Source: a virus. From it: 54,054 nucleotides of DNA. Position numbers and translations under genes: made by a program. Numbering within the stretch: the first letter of the stretch is position 1; each line of letters starts with the position of its first letter. This document shows, piece by piece, positions 25,585 through 33,724 of the stretch. Under the pieces are notes generated by a model. That model saw only the letters and a program-made list of their open reading frames with translations, searched no databases and was not told the origin of the DNA. The stretch lies in the IMG/VR virus record IMGVR_UViG_3300030442_000019. One strand, 5' to 3'.

Positions 25585-25774
25585 CTTCATTCTCCTTTAC
25601 ATAATCCGGGCATTCTTCCATATATTCGTAGCTGTCCAGAGAATCGCACACCATATCACAATGTTCATATTCTTCACATTTCAGACAACAACAGGTGTTC
25701 TCCTTATCTACTACACACCAAATTCTGCATCCCATGTACCGCCTCATCCCAATCAATATATCTTCCGCATTCAC
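25577..25774 (-). CDS. Small Cys-rich acidic protein
   Basis: 65-aa ORF. The start is uncertain because the ORF overlaps its upstream neighbour. Confidence 0.4.
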   Translation of the reverse strand: MNAEDILIGMRRYMGCRIWCVVDKENTCCCLKCEEYEHCDMVCDSLDSYEYMEECPDYVKENEDE

Positions 25775-26021
25775 TACAGTATTTCGGTTTATTATCTTTC
25801 GACACTATGTATTCCTTTCCACAGTGCGAGCATTTATAATCAATATCTTCCGTAGAATCGTCCAAGATAATCGGTCGTGTCGGAAGTTTTCCGTATTCTA
25901 TTAGTGCTTTTCGAAATCCTTCCAAATATGATTCTTCCTTTGTTACTTTTATCTCTCTTTCTTTCACTGCTATATAGACGCATAACATAATAATCACGCA
26001 AATAGTAAATACCGTTTTCAC
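25704..26021 (-). CDS. Membrane-anchored zinc-ribbon protein
   Basis: GTG start with RBS AAAGGAG. It has an N-terminal TM segment and CSHCG...CSECG. Confidence 0.55.
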   Translation of the reverse strand: MKTVFTICVIIMLCVYIAVKEREIKVTKEESYLEGFRKALIEYGKLPTRPIILDDSTEDIDYKCSHCGKEYIVSKDNKPKYCSECGRYIDWDEAVHGMQNLVCSR

Positions 26022-26035
26022 AATTTACTCCTTTC

Positions 26036-26464
26036 TTAATACCATTCAATCCCAGTTCCTGTATCCGCACCATCTTTTATCAACTGTTTAACATTTTTGA
26101 ATAGTACAGCTTCTATACCGCTACGATATCCATAGATAATATCATCATCATATCCTTTTATAATTTCGTATACAGATTTGCAGTGTTCTGCATCAGCTTC
26201 TCCGTGACTGTCGCTCGTGTATAAGAATTCAAGGACCTGTGTATATTTTCCATCGTACTTTTCATCAAGTTCCACGATTTTCTTGTCATACTCTGTGGAA
26301 AAGTTCTCTCCTTTGCTAACCAGTACATATCTCCAATCATTAAGTTTTTTATAATGTTCATAGATATCTGGTGCAGTTAACTCCGCTACTTTTACACGAA
26401 GTCGGTAGAATCCAGAATAGCTCAAGTCAATGCTGTGATTTTTGCTGTTTATTGTTAATCCCAT
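26036..26464 (-). CDS. Hypothetical protein
   Basis: 142-aa ORF. Confidence 0.6.
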   Translation of the reverse strand: MGLTINSKNHSIDLSYSGFYRLRVKVAELTAPDIYEHYKKLNDWRYVLVSKGENFSTEYDKKIVELDEKYDGKYTQVLEFLYTSDSHGEADAEHCKSVYEIIKGYDDDIIYGYRSGIEAVLFKNVKQLIKDGADTGTGIEWY

Positions 26465-26476
26465 AACACTCCTCCA

Positions 26477-27061
26477 TCAATCATGTATATCCAGTACAGT
26501 AAGGAATCCATCCATGTTATCAGCTACCGCTTTCTTATATTTCTCTTCGAATTTATCATCTTCGACAAATCCATTACCAGTCCACGATTCTCGGGCAATC
26601 GCTGATCCGTCTGGCAAAACGCATCCAAAGCATCCGAGATCGTCCAGATTCAAGATGTCTTTCTGTCTTGCTCCGTCAACAAGAATGTATCCATCACGGT
26701 ATCCCATATTCGGGAAATATGATTCTTCTGTATACGCAAATGGTACTTTTGCATTTCTTTTTAATTCGCTTAACAGTGCAGAATGGAACAGTCTTTCGTT
26801 TCTTGGATTGTTTTCCAAATACCCCCAGTTATAATGCTCTCTGTTTTCTGAATCTTCTCCATCTACTTTCAGTTTGAGATAAGCACTGTATCTTCCACCA
26901 ATCTGATACCAATCCCACGTAAACACCGGATATTCTATTTTTTTCTTCTCATCGTCCGTATCTTCATCGTCTATCGAATCCCAACTATATGGTTCCATAA
27001 TCTTTTCAATTTCCTTTTCTGTAGGTAATTGTTTAGTTAATAAATGTATACAGTAATGCAT
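26477..27061 (-). CDS. Hypothetical protein (WDWYQIGGRY motif family)
   Basis: Start refined to MHYCIHLL, which has an RBS. Confidence 0.55.
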   Translation of the reverse strand: MHYCIHLLTKQLPTEKEIEKIMEPYSWDSIDDEDTDDEKKKIEYPVFTWDWYQIGGRYSAYLKLKVDGEDSENREHYNWGYLENNPRNERLFHSALLSELKRNAKVPFAYTEESYFPNMGYRDGYILVDGARQKDILNLDDLGCFGCVLPDGSAIARESWTGNGFVEDDKFEEKYKKAVADNMDGFLTVLDIHD

Positions 27062-27153
27062 AATTTTCTTCCTTTCTCCCGGCAATTGAATACTGACTTT
27101 TACATCAATATTCAATTGTCAAGGTACGATAGCTGCTATTTTTAGCTGCTACT

Positions 27154-27555
27154 CTATTTCTCTTTGTACTTCTGCAAAATCTCTGTAATTGCTTTCATGT
27201 GTTCCGCTACTTCCGGCAAATCTTCATCACTGATCCTGTCTAAGCCTTTTCTTTTGAACTCATAAAGGTCATATACTCCGTCTCTTATCTGGCAAAATTC
27301 CTCTGCCAGCCCATTCTCTTTCTCGGCATTATAGTTATATTCATAGAATTTTTCATGCCTGTCATGGTCGCCGAATTTATCTGTCGTAATTTTTGTTCTC
27401 TTCGGTGTGATTCTGGTAATTGTTGCTGGAATGATGCGATCATGCCTAAAACTTGATATATATCCAGCTCCGACCTTTCTTGCAACACCAACCACATCCC
27501 CAACTTTCAATGTGTCTTTGTCTATCTCTTTTAATTCAATATTCATTCCTCTCAC
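27154..27555 (-). CDS. Hypothetical protein
   Basis: 133-aa ORF, contiguous with the radical SAM gene. Confidence 0.6.
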   Translation of the reverse strand: MRGMNIELKEIDKDTLKVGDVVGVARKVGAGYISSFRHDRIIPATITRITPKRTKITTDKFGDHDRHEKFYEYNYNAEKENGLAEEFCQIRDGVYDLYEFKRKGLDRISDEDLPEVAEHMKAITEILQKYKEK

Positions 27556-28464
27556 CTACCCTGTATAATCTTCAAACCGTTCACACGCCATAAATGCGTA
27601 TCTGGAATTTACCCATCTCTGCATTCTTTTCAGCTGATCACGCTTCTTCAATTTGTATTTGTCATAAATCATCACATATGGGGCATATCCTAAATCCCTT
27701 AGTGTGTATATCCGGTCAAGGTCTTGTTCCAATGTTGTGTTAAATCCGCATAAGACATACACCGTCATCTTCCCTCTGTTCCATCCAGTTAACTTTTGAA
27801 ACATCTTAAATTTTGGCACTATATTGTCTTTATCCTGGTATCTATCCCACGCAAAATGTATCTGCTTAATCTTCATCTGCTTGATATATTCCGCTTTTTC
27901 TTTGGTCATAATCCGAATGTCGCAACCTTGCGAAAAATCTATCCAAGCCTTGCTATCAATAAGTTGTTGGCTCAGATTTTCCCAGTCCTTGCAAGCGAAC
28001 ATATTTGGATCCAGCAAAACGATATTCTTCTGACCATTCCAGAATTCAGACAAATCAGCTACCTTACGGCTTTTCTGTCCCTCTTTTTCTTTCACGATGC
28101 AGAAATCGCAACCTCTTGGACATCCTCTTGTCAAGAATCCATATGCCATATTTCTGCATAATTCTGGATACAGGCTGTAATCTGGATAGATGTGTTCAAT
28201 TTTGTCCGGCAATGACTTGCCACCGGATGGATATTCGTATCCTGTACCGCCCTTAATTATTTCTCCAGCACACACTGGATGAGGATAATCCGGTGTAAAG
28301 GTAAATACCTTGCTCATATATACCCTGTCTGGTGGATTTAGCCATGCAGTCAGCGGATCATACCACTCTACTTGATCTCCGTTCTGCTTATGCCATGCCG
28401 ACAGCTTCATAAGTGGCAGATTTGGAAAATTGTGTCCGTCTACGTCAATTAGTGCTATTCTCAT
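27556..28464 (-). CDS. Radical SAM enzyme
   Basis: CxxxCxxC motif in GFLTRGCPRGCDFCIV. The N-terminal region is Rossmann/B12-like. Confidence 0.75.
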   Translation of the reverse strand: MRIALIDVDGHNFPNLPLMKLSAWHKQNGDQVEWYDPLTAWLNPPDRVYMSKVFTFTPDYPHPVCAGEIIKGGTGYEYPSGGKSLPDKIEHIYPDYSLYPELCRNMAYGFLTRGCPRGCDFCIVKEKEGQKSRKVADLSEFWNGQKNIVLLDPNMFACKDWENLSQQLIDSKAWIDFSQGCDIRIMTKEKAEYIKQMKIKQIHFAWDRYQDKDNIVPKFKMFQKLTGWNRGKMTVYVLCGFNTTLEQDLDRIYTLRDLGYAPYVMIYDKYKLKKRDQLKRMQRWVNSRYAFMACERFEDYTG

Positions 28465-28617
28465 TTCTTCACCTACGCAAATCTTAATTGTTCCTGTGTA
28501 TCATCTATAATCAAGTTCGGTACTCTCTCGCCGACCTTAAGATACGGACAGTTCGCTTCTCGAAAGGAGCCGATATATCTTTGCCCGGCCGGAGCTCCGT
28601 ACTCCTTTCTGTTTGTT

Positions 28618-28776
28618 TTAATCCAACTCTGTATTTTCATCTACAAGATCAATTAAGCCAAGTGGTGAAATATCTTCCAGTTTGTATTGCAGTCCATCAC
28701 ACAGTTCTTTGTGCTCACATTTGTCACAGTCAATTTCTATTGAATTGCAATATTCGGCTAACTCTCTGATTTTCAT
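28618..28776 (-). CDS. 52-aa acidic four-Cys peptide
   Basis: My own translation is MKIRELAEYCNSIEIDCDKCEHKELCDGLQYKLEDISPLGLIDLVDENTELD. RBS GAGGTGA. Confidence 0.45.
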   Translation of the reverse strand: MKIRELAEYCNSIEIDCDKCEHKELCDGLQYKLEDISPLGLIDLVDENTELD

Positions 28777-28809
28777 GTCACTTCACCTCATTTTCTCCTG
28801 TGTTCATAG

Positions 28810-29406
28810 TTACTCCTTTACTACACATCTTCTCTCAGTTAATTCATAGAATTTACCGTTATGTTCGGAACAGTATTTTGCAAGAATCTCTTTATTATTT
28901 TCCGAATATTCTTTGTTTGAACCTAATGGGGATTCAATGCGTTCTTCATGTACTATACTTCCTTTTTCATCCTTGATTACTGCATACCACGCAAACTCAA
29001 CCTCAACTTCTTTTTTCTCATGGTCTGCTTTCCACTGTTTGAGGATTTCAAGTACTTCTCCTTCTTTATCTCTTCGGAAGTTTTGACACGGCATTTTCCC
29101 TTTTGCTTCACTAATAGGACATTCAGCACAGACTTCGCTTTCACAACAAATTTTACCTAAAATCTTAGTTGCTTCTTCCGCACTCATTTCTTCTACTGGT
29201 TCAAGCATATCTTCATACCAATCGTAAAAGCCGTTATCCTCTTCAATTTTGTATTGATCTTTTTTCACTTCACTAACCGTAACTATCATTCCGTTATACT
29301 TCAATGTTTCTGGACTAAAAGTAGATACACAGTGAGCTTTCATATACAAAGGTAAGTTTTCTTTTACTCTTACCTTGTCTCCAACCTTATATTTCATCTT
29401 CCTCAC
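28810..29406 (-). CDS. Hypothetical protein
   Basis: 198-aa ORF. Confidence 0.6.
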   Translation of the reverse strand: MRKMKYKVGDKVRVKENLPLYMKAHCVSTFSPETLKYNGMIVTVSEVKKDQYKIEEDNGFYDWYEDMLEPVEEMSAEEATKILGKICCESEVCAECPISEAKGKMPCQNFRRDKEGEVLEILKQWKADHEKKEVEVEFAWYAVIKDEKGSIVHEERIESPLGSNKEYSENNKEILAKYCSEHNGKFYELTERRCVVKE

Positions 29407-30534
29407 CTACGCTTTCGTTGAAATTCCGTTAACTTCTACATAATCTACTGGCAGTACCATGCATTTTCTTCCGTCAACTTCCTTGATTTCTAAATTGCTG
29501 ATGGAATCTGCATCGATAGTTATCTTCCCCTCTGGAACCTGGATATTAACCACCTTGTTGTCGCAAATGTTACTTGCCATAACAGGCACATTCCCGATGT
29601 TCTCCCGGTAAGCACCCTCGAACATTTCCATCTTTTCATCCGGTACACTGCTGTTACAGAATATCTTTTTCAGTTCGTTCCTATCAATTTTGTACGGCTC
29701 CGGGTCTTCTGCATGGCGTTCCATCTCTTCGCTAATGCCCTCATAGATGTCTTTCACAATCTTACAGTCTGCATCTTCTCCAAATACATCCCTTAACAAC
29801 TTACCGAATTTATCTTTCTCTTCATCTGCAGATACCACCAAATCAATTCCAAGTAGCTCACGAACCATTTCTTCTTGTACCTCGGCAGACTTCCGGGTGT
29901 AATAGAGTACACTATGTACATCCGTCTGTCTGTCGTTAAATGCCGGGAATAGAAATCCTTTGTCCGGCATATCTACTACCCAATCACGGGTTCTCTCTTC
30001 CATCCGTTCATCTTTCCCATTGTAAGTAAGACCGGCTTTTGAAAGCTTCACTGGGCAGATGCAACAAAGAATGAAATCGTATACTTCCTCAGATGCATCT
30101 TCCAACATTTCTCCGTCCGATGTCTTTCCCGGTACGTCATATACTGCATGGATAAGTATGATGTAGTAATTCTCAGCACAGTCATAAGACGTAAGAATCT
30201 TTTCATAGAATTCGTCCAGTAATGCCGGGTCTCTCAGTTTGCTTTCTCTCAGATTCATTAACAGTTCATGTTCTTCGCCCTCTGGGTCACTGCTCCTACT
30301 TTCTTTCGGCTTGTATTCCAGGTTCAACAAGTTCTTTCCGATTTTCCCAGATAAGGTCTTCTTGAAAATATCAAAATACTTAAATGCCTGTTCTTCCGGC
30401 AGTGAAAGAAACGCTTCTTCTCTTTCCATGCGTTTCTCTTTTTCTCCATCCACGTAGCATCCGGCTATACGGGTGATCGCACAATTCTCCGGTGTGAACT
30501 GTTTTCTGATTTCCAATACTTCTTTTTTATTCAC
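29407..30534 (-). CDS. DUF4317-like protein
   Basis: The N-terminus MNKKEVLEIRKQFTPENCAITRIAGCYVDGEK...FKKTLSGKIGKNLLNLEY matches my memory of that family. GTG start with RBS AGGAGGGA. Confidence 0.55.
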   Translation of the reverse strand: MNKKEVLEIRKQFTPENCAITRIAGCYVDGEKEKRMEREEAFLSLPEEQAFKYFDIFKKTLSGKIGKNLLNLEYKPKESRSSDPEGEEHELLMNLRESKLRDPALLDEFYEKILTSYDCAENYYIILIHAVYDVPGKTSDGEMLEDASEEVYDFILCCICPVKLSKAGLTYNGKDERMEERTRDWVVDMPDKGFLFPAFNDRQTDVHSVLYYTRKSAEVQEEMVRELLGIDLVVSADEEKDKFGKLLRDVFGEDADCKIVKDIYEGISEEMERHAEDPEPYKIDRNELKKIFCNSSVPDEKMEMFEGAYRENIGNVPVMASNICDNKVVNIQVPEGKITIDADSISNLEIKEVDGRKCMVLPVDYVEVNGISTKA

Positions 30535-30653
30535 TTTCTATCCCTCCTAAACCAAAACTTTCGTTTCTTCTTTTCTCGTTTCTCTTTCTGCTTTTTAGAC
30601 CACTCTGCAAGATATTGTTCCTGTTCCTGATCTTCCTGTTCCTGTCGTGTCAC
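30531..30653 (-). CDS. 40-aa micro-ORF (MTRQEQ...) linking RT and the DUF4317-like gene
   Basis: The GTG overlaps the RT stop (TAGTG) and its stop overlaps the next GTG (GTGA). The N-terminus is duplicated at 33557. Confidence 0.35.
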   Translation of the reverse strand: MTRQEQEDQEQEQYLAEWSKKQKEKREKKKRKFWFRRDRK

Positions 30654-30664
30654 TATGTCACCTC
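30635..30664. repeat. 30-bp direct repeat, copy A (28 of 30 identical to 33539-33568)
   Basis: CCTGTTCCTGTCGTGTCACTATGTCACCTC against ...CACAAAGTCACCTC. Confidence 0.85.
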
Positions 30665-31681
30665 TTTCATCAATTCCTCTATATACAGATCCATACTATG
30701 AACCAACTTAATACAATTTCCATGCAATGCATGGTTCTTCCATGAATTATATTTCTCATAGAATTTTTCTTCCGTGAGTTTCCAAGCTTTCACGTCTTTC
30801 ACCAATTTTCGGAATTTCTTTTTGTTCTTCCGCTTATTCTCTCCTGTCAGCTTCCGAATATATTTCCCATCGGCCGTCATATAATGATGGAACCCTAAAT
30901 ATCGCATTCCTTTTCTAAACGGTATGATCTGTGTCTTTCCGTTCAATTCAAGTCCAAGTGTTTTTAGCATTTCTTTGATGCATTCCAAACACCATTTCAA
31001 ATATTCCTTATCTTGATGAATCAAGTAGAAATCGTCCATATATCTTCCATATTCAGTAATTCCAAGCTCGCCGGTTGCCATACAATCTACTGCATGGACC
31101 ATAAGCAGTGCATATACCTGTCCGGCTTGATTGCCAAGTGGTAAACCTGGATTCTTGCTACTATCAATCAGTGTATGATTCAGCCATGTTGTGTACGGGT
31201 CTGGGAAGAAATAATCTACAATATCTTTCAGTATTTCATGGTCAATTTCGTAAAAGAAATGTCTTATATCGCATTTCAATATCCATCCGTCTACGCCATG
31301 TCTCTGATAGAATGATTCCATGTGGTCCCTTAATCCATCTAATGCATACAGTGTTCCTTTTCCTATTTGTCCGGCAGAATTGTATTTTATAAATACATTC
31401 TTCAATTTTGGATGCAGAATGTTGTCACAGAGTATGTGTTGCACTACCTTATCTTTAAATGAACATGATTCAATTACTCTTTGTTTCGGCTCATATATTT
31501 CGAACCGGTTATACGGAGCAACTGTATATGTCTGATTCTCTAACTGCTCTTTTAGGATATTGATTCCGTCTAAAGCGACATTAGAAAATCTTGCAGTGCT
31601 GCTATTAAATTTCTTGCCAGACTTAGCTTTTCGATAAGCGTAATACAGATTCCCATAATCCGTGACAATTTCTCTATCCAT
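30653..31681 (-). CDS. DGR-type reverse transcriptase
   Basis: Motifs YMDDF and LPLGNQAGQ (the DGR form of the IGNxxSQ motif). It sits next to TR and avd. Confidence 0.9.
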   Translation of the reverse strand: MDREIVTDYGNLYYAYRKAKSGKKFNSSTARFSNVALDGINILKEQLENQTYTVAPYNRFEIYEPKQRVIESCSFKDKVVQHILCDNILHPKLKNVFIKYNSAGQIGKGTLYALDGLRDHMESFYQRHGVDGWILKCDIRHFFYEIDHEILKDIVDYFFPDPYTTWLNHTLIDSSKNPGLPLGNQAGQVYALLMVHAVDCMATGELGITEYGRYMDDFYLIHQDKEYLKWCLECIKEMLKTLGLELNGKTQIIPFRKGMRYLGFHHYMTADGKYIRKLTGENKRKNKKKFRKLVKDVKAWKLTEEKFYEKYNSWKNHALHGNCIKLVHSMDLYIEELMKEVT

Positions 31682-31774
31682 TGGTACTCCTTTATATTTA
31701 CCTCTATGAGGACGGTCCGTTTCCTTTTTGTATCTTTCCCGATTTCGGCTTGATGCCTACTCTGACTCCCTGTT

Positions 31775-31848
31775 ATACAGAATGGGCGCACCCCGTTACT
31801 GTTGTTGTAGTTATTGTTGTTGATGTTACCGGACGGAGAAACAACCGC
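31775..31848 (-). repeat. DGR template repeat (TR), non-coding
   Basis: The minus-strand sequence is GGTTGTTTCTCCGTCCGGTAACATCAACAACAATAACTACAACAACAGTAACGGGGTGCGCCC. The core has 19 adenines, mostly in AAC codons. Confidence 0.9.
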
Positions 31849-31874
31849 TTAACGGAAACGAACCTAAAGTGTAT

Positions 31875-32246
31875 TTATCTTTGCCGGTCTTTAGTTCTCC
31901 ATGCAATAGCCATATGTTTTACATCAGATACCAACTTTGACCAATATTCCACGCTTTTTTCACTGATGATATTTAGCTCATAGGACATCTCTATGTAGAA
32001 AAGTAGTTCATCGCAATACGTAATTGCTTTCGTCTGCATTTCAAGTCGATCTCTTTTATAATTCTTGATATCCGTTCTATTCGCTTCAAAGAGCATTTCA
32101 TAGATTTCCATTGACTTATTCTGCATTTTATCAACAAGTGAAAATCTATATTTTTTTGGATATCGGTTGGCATTGCTAGTCACTTTCAATGTATGTGTGG
32201 CCAGTTCCTTCGCCTTTTGAATTACTTTCAGATCATTCTCTGCCAT
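31875..32246 (-). CDS. avd: DGR accessory variability determinant (Avd)
   Basis: 123-aa basic helical protein between the target gene and TR. TAATG overlap with target 2. Confidence 0.8.
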   Translation of the reverse strand: MAENDLKVIQKAKELATHTLKVTSNANRYPKKYRFSLVDKMQNKSMEIYEMLFEANRTDIKNYKRDRLEMQTKAITYCDELLFYIEMSYELNIISEKSVEYWSKLVSDVKHMAIAWRTKDRQR

Positions 32247-32842
32247 TAATCATCATCTTCCTCACAAGATTCAAAGATTGAAGAGGAAAAGATACAAACT
32301 GGGCGCACCCCGCCACTGTAGTAGTAGCGACCGTAGCTGATGCTACCGGACGGAGAAACAACCCGAACAAAGGTGTCATCATTATTACAAGCCGTGCTGT
32401 CTGGTGTAAGTGTCCACCACCATTTACCCCTATTCGGCAGGAACTCTCTATACTTCCGGTATTCATCCACGGAAATAAGCGAAACATAATCTCTGCAAGT
32501 TCCATATTCCGTCTGACCATCTAACGAAAGTAAATTGCGTTCAAACTCGACCAGTGAATCTGCCCCTAATTCACTTTCAATCTTTTTGCGGAGATCAGTG
32601 TTTAACTCATTTCTCAAATCACTGGATTTCCAATCGTTGCAATTATCATCAAACTCTCTGTCTCCTCCGTAAAAATCTTCCGAAATTGCAAAATATCCTT
32701 TTTCAAGCTTGTCCAACACCAGCCACTTAATACCGGCAACCTCAATTGTCTTTCCGATTTCCGGCTGATATTTTTTTCTTAACTGTTCAAAAACTTCATT
32801 AAGATTTTTAAGGTTTTCTCCGAATTCTTTTAACGTCATCAT
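32246..32842 (-). CDS. DGR target protein 2 (DUF6273-like / C-type-lectin-fold C-terminus)
   Basis: 198 aa. The C-terminus WWWTLTPDS...VVSPSGSISYGRYYYSGGVRPVCIF contains VR1. Confidence 0.85.
   Translation of the reverse strand: MMTLKEFGENLKNLNEVFEQLRKKYQPEIGKTIEVAGIKWLVLDKLEKGYFAISEDFYGGDREFDDNCNDWKSSDLRNELNTDLRKKIESELGADSLVEFERNLLSLDGQTEYGTCRDYVSLISVDEYRKYREFLPNRGKWWWTLTPDSTACNNDDTFVRVVSPSGSISYGRYYYSGGVRPVCIFSSSIFESCEEDDD
32292..32363 (-). repeat. DGR variable repeat VR1
   Basis: 11 differences from TR, all at TR adenines. The flanks GGTTGTTTCTCCGTCCGGT and GGGGTGCGCCC are identical. Confidence 0.9.
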
Positions 32843-32845
32843 GTT

Positions 32846-33457
32846 TTACTCCTCCTCAACTTTGGATACAAAGATATTAGATTTTAATATACAAAATGGG
32901 CGCACCCCGAGACCGTCGTTGCAGTTAACGTAGTCGATGCTACCGGACGGAGAAACAACCGCTACTGAACACTTCCATCCTCTTTCTTTCGTACTCCAAG
33001 ATGTGCAAGTCCAGTACCAATCCGGGAGGTCTTTGTTTACAAGCAGATCATTGTATTCACGTGCTTCGTCAAATGTCAGAGGTCTTACTTTTGTCAAGAG
33101 TTTTCCAAATACTTCCTGTCCATCAACTGTTACTAATCCGGCTTCATTTGTACAAATATTTTCTTCTCCGAATTCATCAGAAAACTCATTGAGAATTTCG
33201 CCTTCGCACAGTTCTCTTAATAATGATTTCCTGTATTCCGTACAATCATCATCAAATTTCACATTTTCGCGATATAAGCCTTCTGTAATAACTACAGTGG
33301 AATCTTCTTTCTGTTCCAGTACAATGAATCTTCCGATGCCTGTAGCAAACTTCCCACCAATCGGAATATCTTTCAGCATCACTTTGTTTTTCTGGTCTTC
33401 TTTCTCGATAGCTGCTACTAATTTCTTTGCTAATTCCAATACATTACTTTTGCTCAT
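32846..33457 (-). CDS. DGR target protein 1 (paralog of target 2)
   Basis: 203 aa. The C-terminus WYWTCTSWS...VVSPSGSIDYVNCNDGLGVRPFCIL contains VR2. Confidence 0.85.
   Translation of the reverse strand: MSKSNVLELAKKLVAAIEKEDQKNKVMLKDIPIGGKFATGIGRFIVLEQKEDSTVVITEGLYRENVKFDDDCTEYRKSLLRELCEGEILNEFSDEFGEENICTNEAGLVTVDGQEVFGKLLTKVRPLTFDEAREYNDLLVNKDLPDWYWTCTSWSTKERGWKCSVAVVSPSGSIDYVNCNDGLGVRPFCILKSNIFVSKVEEE
32889..32962 (-). repeat. DGR variable repeat VR2
   Basis: 10 differences from TR, all at TR adenines. Confidence 0.9.
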
Positions 33458-33557
33458 TTTTACTTTCCTCCTGTTTCTTCTGCTTTAAGTATTCAAACGG
33501 ATCCGCATAATGTGACTTCCGTTTAAAATTCTCAATAGCCTGTTCCTGTCGTGTCAC
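33444..33557 (-). CDS. 37-aa micro-ORF (MTRQEQ...), paralog of 30531-30653
   Basis: GTG start 5 nt after GGAGGTG. My own translation is VTRQEQAIENFKRKSHYADPFEYLKQKKQEESKNEQK. Confidence 0.3.
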   Translation of the reverse strand: MTRQEQAIENFKRKSHYADPFEYLKQKKQEESKNEQK

Positions 33558-33568
33558 AAAGTCACCTC
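33539..33568. repeat. 30-bp direct repeat, copy B
   Basis: Matches 30635-30664 at 28 of 30 positions. Confidence 0.85.
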
Positions 33569-33714
33569 CGAACATCGTTCTTTTTGCTACGTCTTACTAT
33601 TCTCCGCTTTTTCTTTGTTTCTCCAGGTAATTCAGCTTTAGCACTCGCCCAACTACAGTCTGCCAAAGGACAGATAAAACAGTTTGGATAAGTGCATCCA
33701 TCCGGTTTTGCCAT
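33562..33714 (-). CDS. 50-aa Cys-containing basic protein
   Basis: My own translation starts MAKPDGCTYPNCFICPLADCSWASAKAELPGETKKKRRIV.... RBS AGGAGGAA. Confidence 0.45.
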   Translation of the reverse strand: MAKPDGCTYPNCFICPLADCSWASAKAELPGETKKKRRIVRRSKKNDVRR

Positions 33715-33724
33715 ATTCTTCCTC

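Larger units (their letters stand above)
30653..33457 (-). mobile_element. Diversity-generating retroelement cassette (target1-target2-avd-TR-RT)
   Basis: See the component features below. Confidence 0.9.

Noticed and set aside
28465-28617. The hairpin containing the CGGAGCTCCG palindrome was considered as a terminator between the Cys peptide and the radical SAM gene.
   Set aside because: The stem is short and no U-tract follows on the coding strand. It is mentioned only within the radical SAM finding.
31570-31791. A 73-aa minus-strand ORF overlaps the TR and the 5' end of the RT.
   Set aside because: It lies across the non-coding TR/spacer and the RT start and has no RBS. It is a by-product of the A-rich TR.
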